Below, piece by piece: positions 63,396-64,000 of a DNA stretch of 64,000 nucleotides. The notes beneath the pieces were generated by a model that saw only the letters and a program-made list of their open reading frames with translations, was not told the DNA's origin and searched no databases. Source of the stretch: Salpingoeca rosetta (Eukaryota; Protista; Choanoflagellata); assembly GCA_033442325.1 (NCBI GenBank), contig JAWQFM010000011.1, forward strand, positions 1,256,201 through 1,320,200, in the 5' to 3' direction. Within the stretch, counting starts at the first letter, position 1. Each line of letters opens with the position of its first letter. A program made the position numbers and the translations under genes.

Positions 63396-63963
63396 TCAAA
63401 CGGGACATATCAGGATCAGCACTGACTTTTCCTGATTGAGTTGCTTCAGGAGGCGTCGCTTACGGTCCTCGAGGCTGAACAGCACGCCAAGAAACGAAGG
63501 ACCAAGCCGCCGTGCACGGGGATGATGATGATGATGAATGAATGAATGAATGAATGAATAAATGAATGAATAATGTGCACCGCAATGCACAAATCAAAGA
63601 AACGTCTCGTTTTGCTTTGCTGAAGCGGCATACCGCTGTGCTTTGTCGTCCTTCTCTGACATGGCCATCCAAGATCGCATGCTCGACTCGAACGAGCTGC
63701 GTGAGCTCCATTGCTGCAGATGTGCAGGCAGTAAGACACATGGGTGAGCCAGCCAGTACCACAAGCCAGTGGGTGTAGGACTACGCTTTCACGCTTTCGT
63801 TTGGGAATCAGCACGAGTGCAGGTTCAGCAAGTCGAGCCGACACACCCTTTGCTTCGCGGCAATGGCTGTGTTGTGTTGGAAAAAGCGTGCATCCCGCTC
63901 ATACTGGCGCTGCCGCATGGCATCTTGCTCCCTTCGCAAAGCAATTGCTCGCTCCGCGTTGAA
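59870..63963 (-). CDS. TCHP: Trichoplein (centriolar/ciliary coiled-coil protein); first exon lies beyond the window edge
   Basis: AKQRQWSSRSSFESSM, LEDRKRRL, EVQEALEADLRLL, RDVEWMKQ, EAEWAREEAARQRLMEEVL and C-terminal APKFGRRRVVWD* match recalled TCHP segments KQAEWSSKTSYQRSM, EELEADRRIL, DVAWMKQ and EAEWARERSARDRLMSEVL. Confidence 0.85.
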
Positions 63964-64000
63964 CTGAGTGCAGTGTGTGTAGCGAGTGAAGTGTGTGTGT

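Noticed and set aside
59870-63963. CFAP53, CFAP45 or MNS1 identity for the coiled-coil gene
   Set aside because: The WSS, DVxWMKQ and EAEWARE motifs match trichoplein specifically.

Overview
Intron-rich, GC-rich eukaryotic DNA with (CA)n/(TG)n microsatellites in almost every intron. This style, together with a HYR-domain receptor tyrosine kinase, points to a choanoflagellate, most likely Salpingoeca rosetta (inference). Most ORFs in the supplied track are microsatellite artefacts. Manual GT-AG splicing yields 14 protein-coding genes: a THAP-like/His-Gln-rich protein (-, runs off the left edge), aspartyl aminopeptidase DNPEP (-), PGAP1 (+), a CLN8-like TLC protein (+), TMA16 (-), a DUF4336 protein (+), a HemK/PrmC methyltransferase (-), cactin (+), an ANKRD11/12-like protein (-), peroxisomal MFE-2/HSD17B4 (+), a large receptor tyrosine kinase (-), alternative oxidase (+), type II pantothenate kinase (+) and trichoplein (-, runs off the right edge). 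There are two 100-N assembly gaps. I recognised no rRNA, tRNA, CRISPR array or intact mobile element. The most interesting leads are: (1) the RTK ectodomain, which combines two-Cys TNFR-like repeats, a cadherin-like domain, HYR domains, a twice-repeated domain I cannot name and a furin-type site, followed by a 21-Tyr tail; (2) apparent pre-metazoan orthologues of ANKRD11/12 and CLN8; (3) recurring 5'-(UG)n...(CA)n-3' polarity in introns; (4) a THAP-like zinc finger. All homology calls come from recalled motifs, not database searches, and exon boundaries were set by hand.
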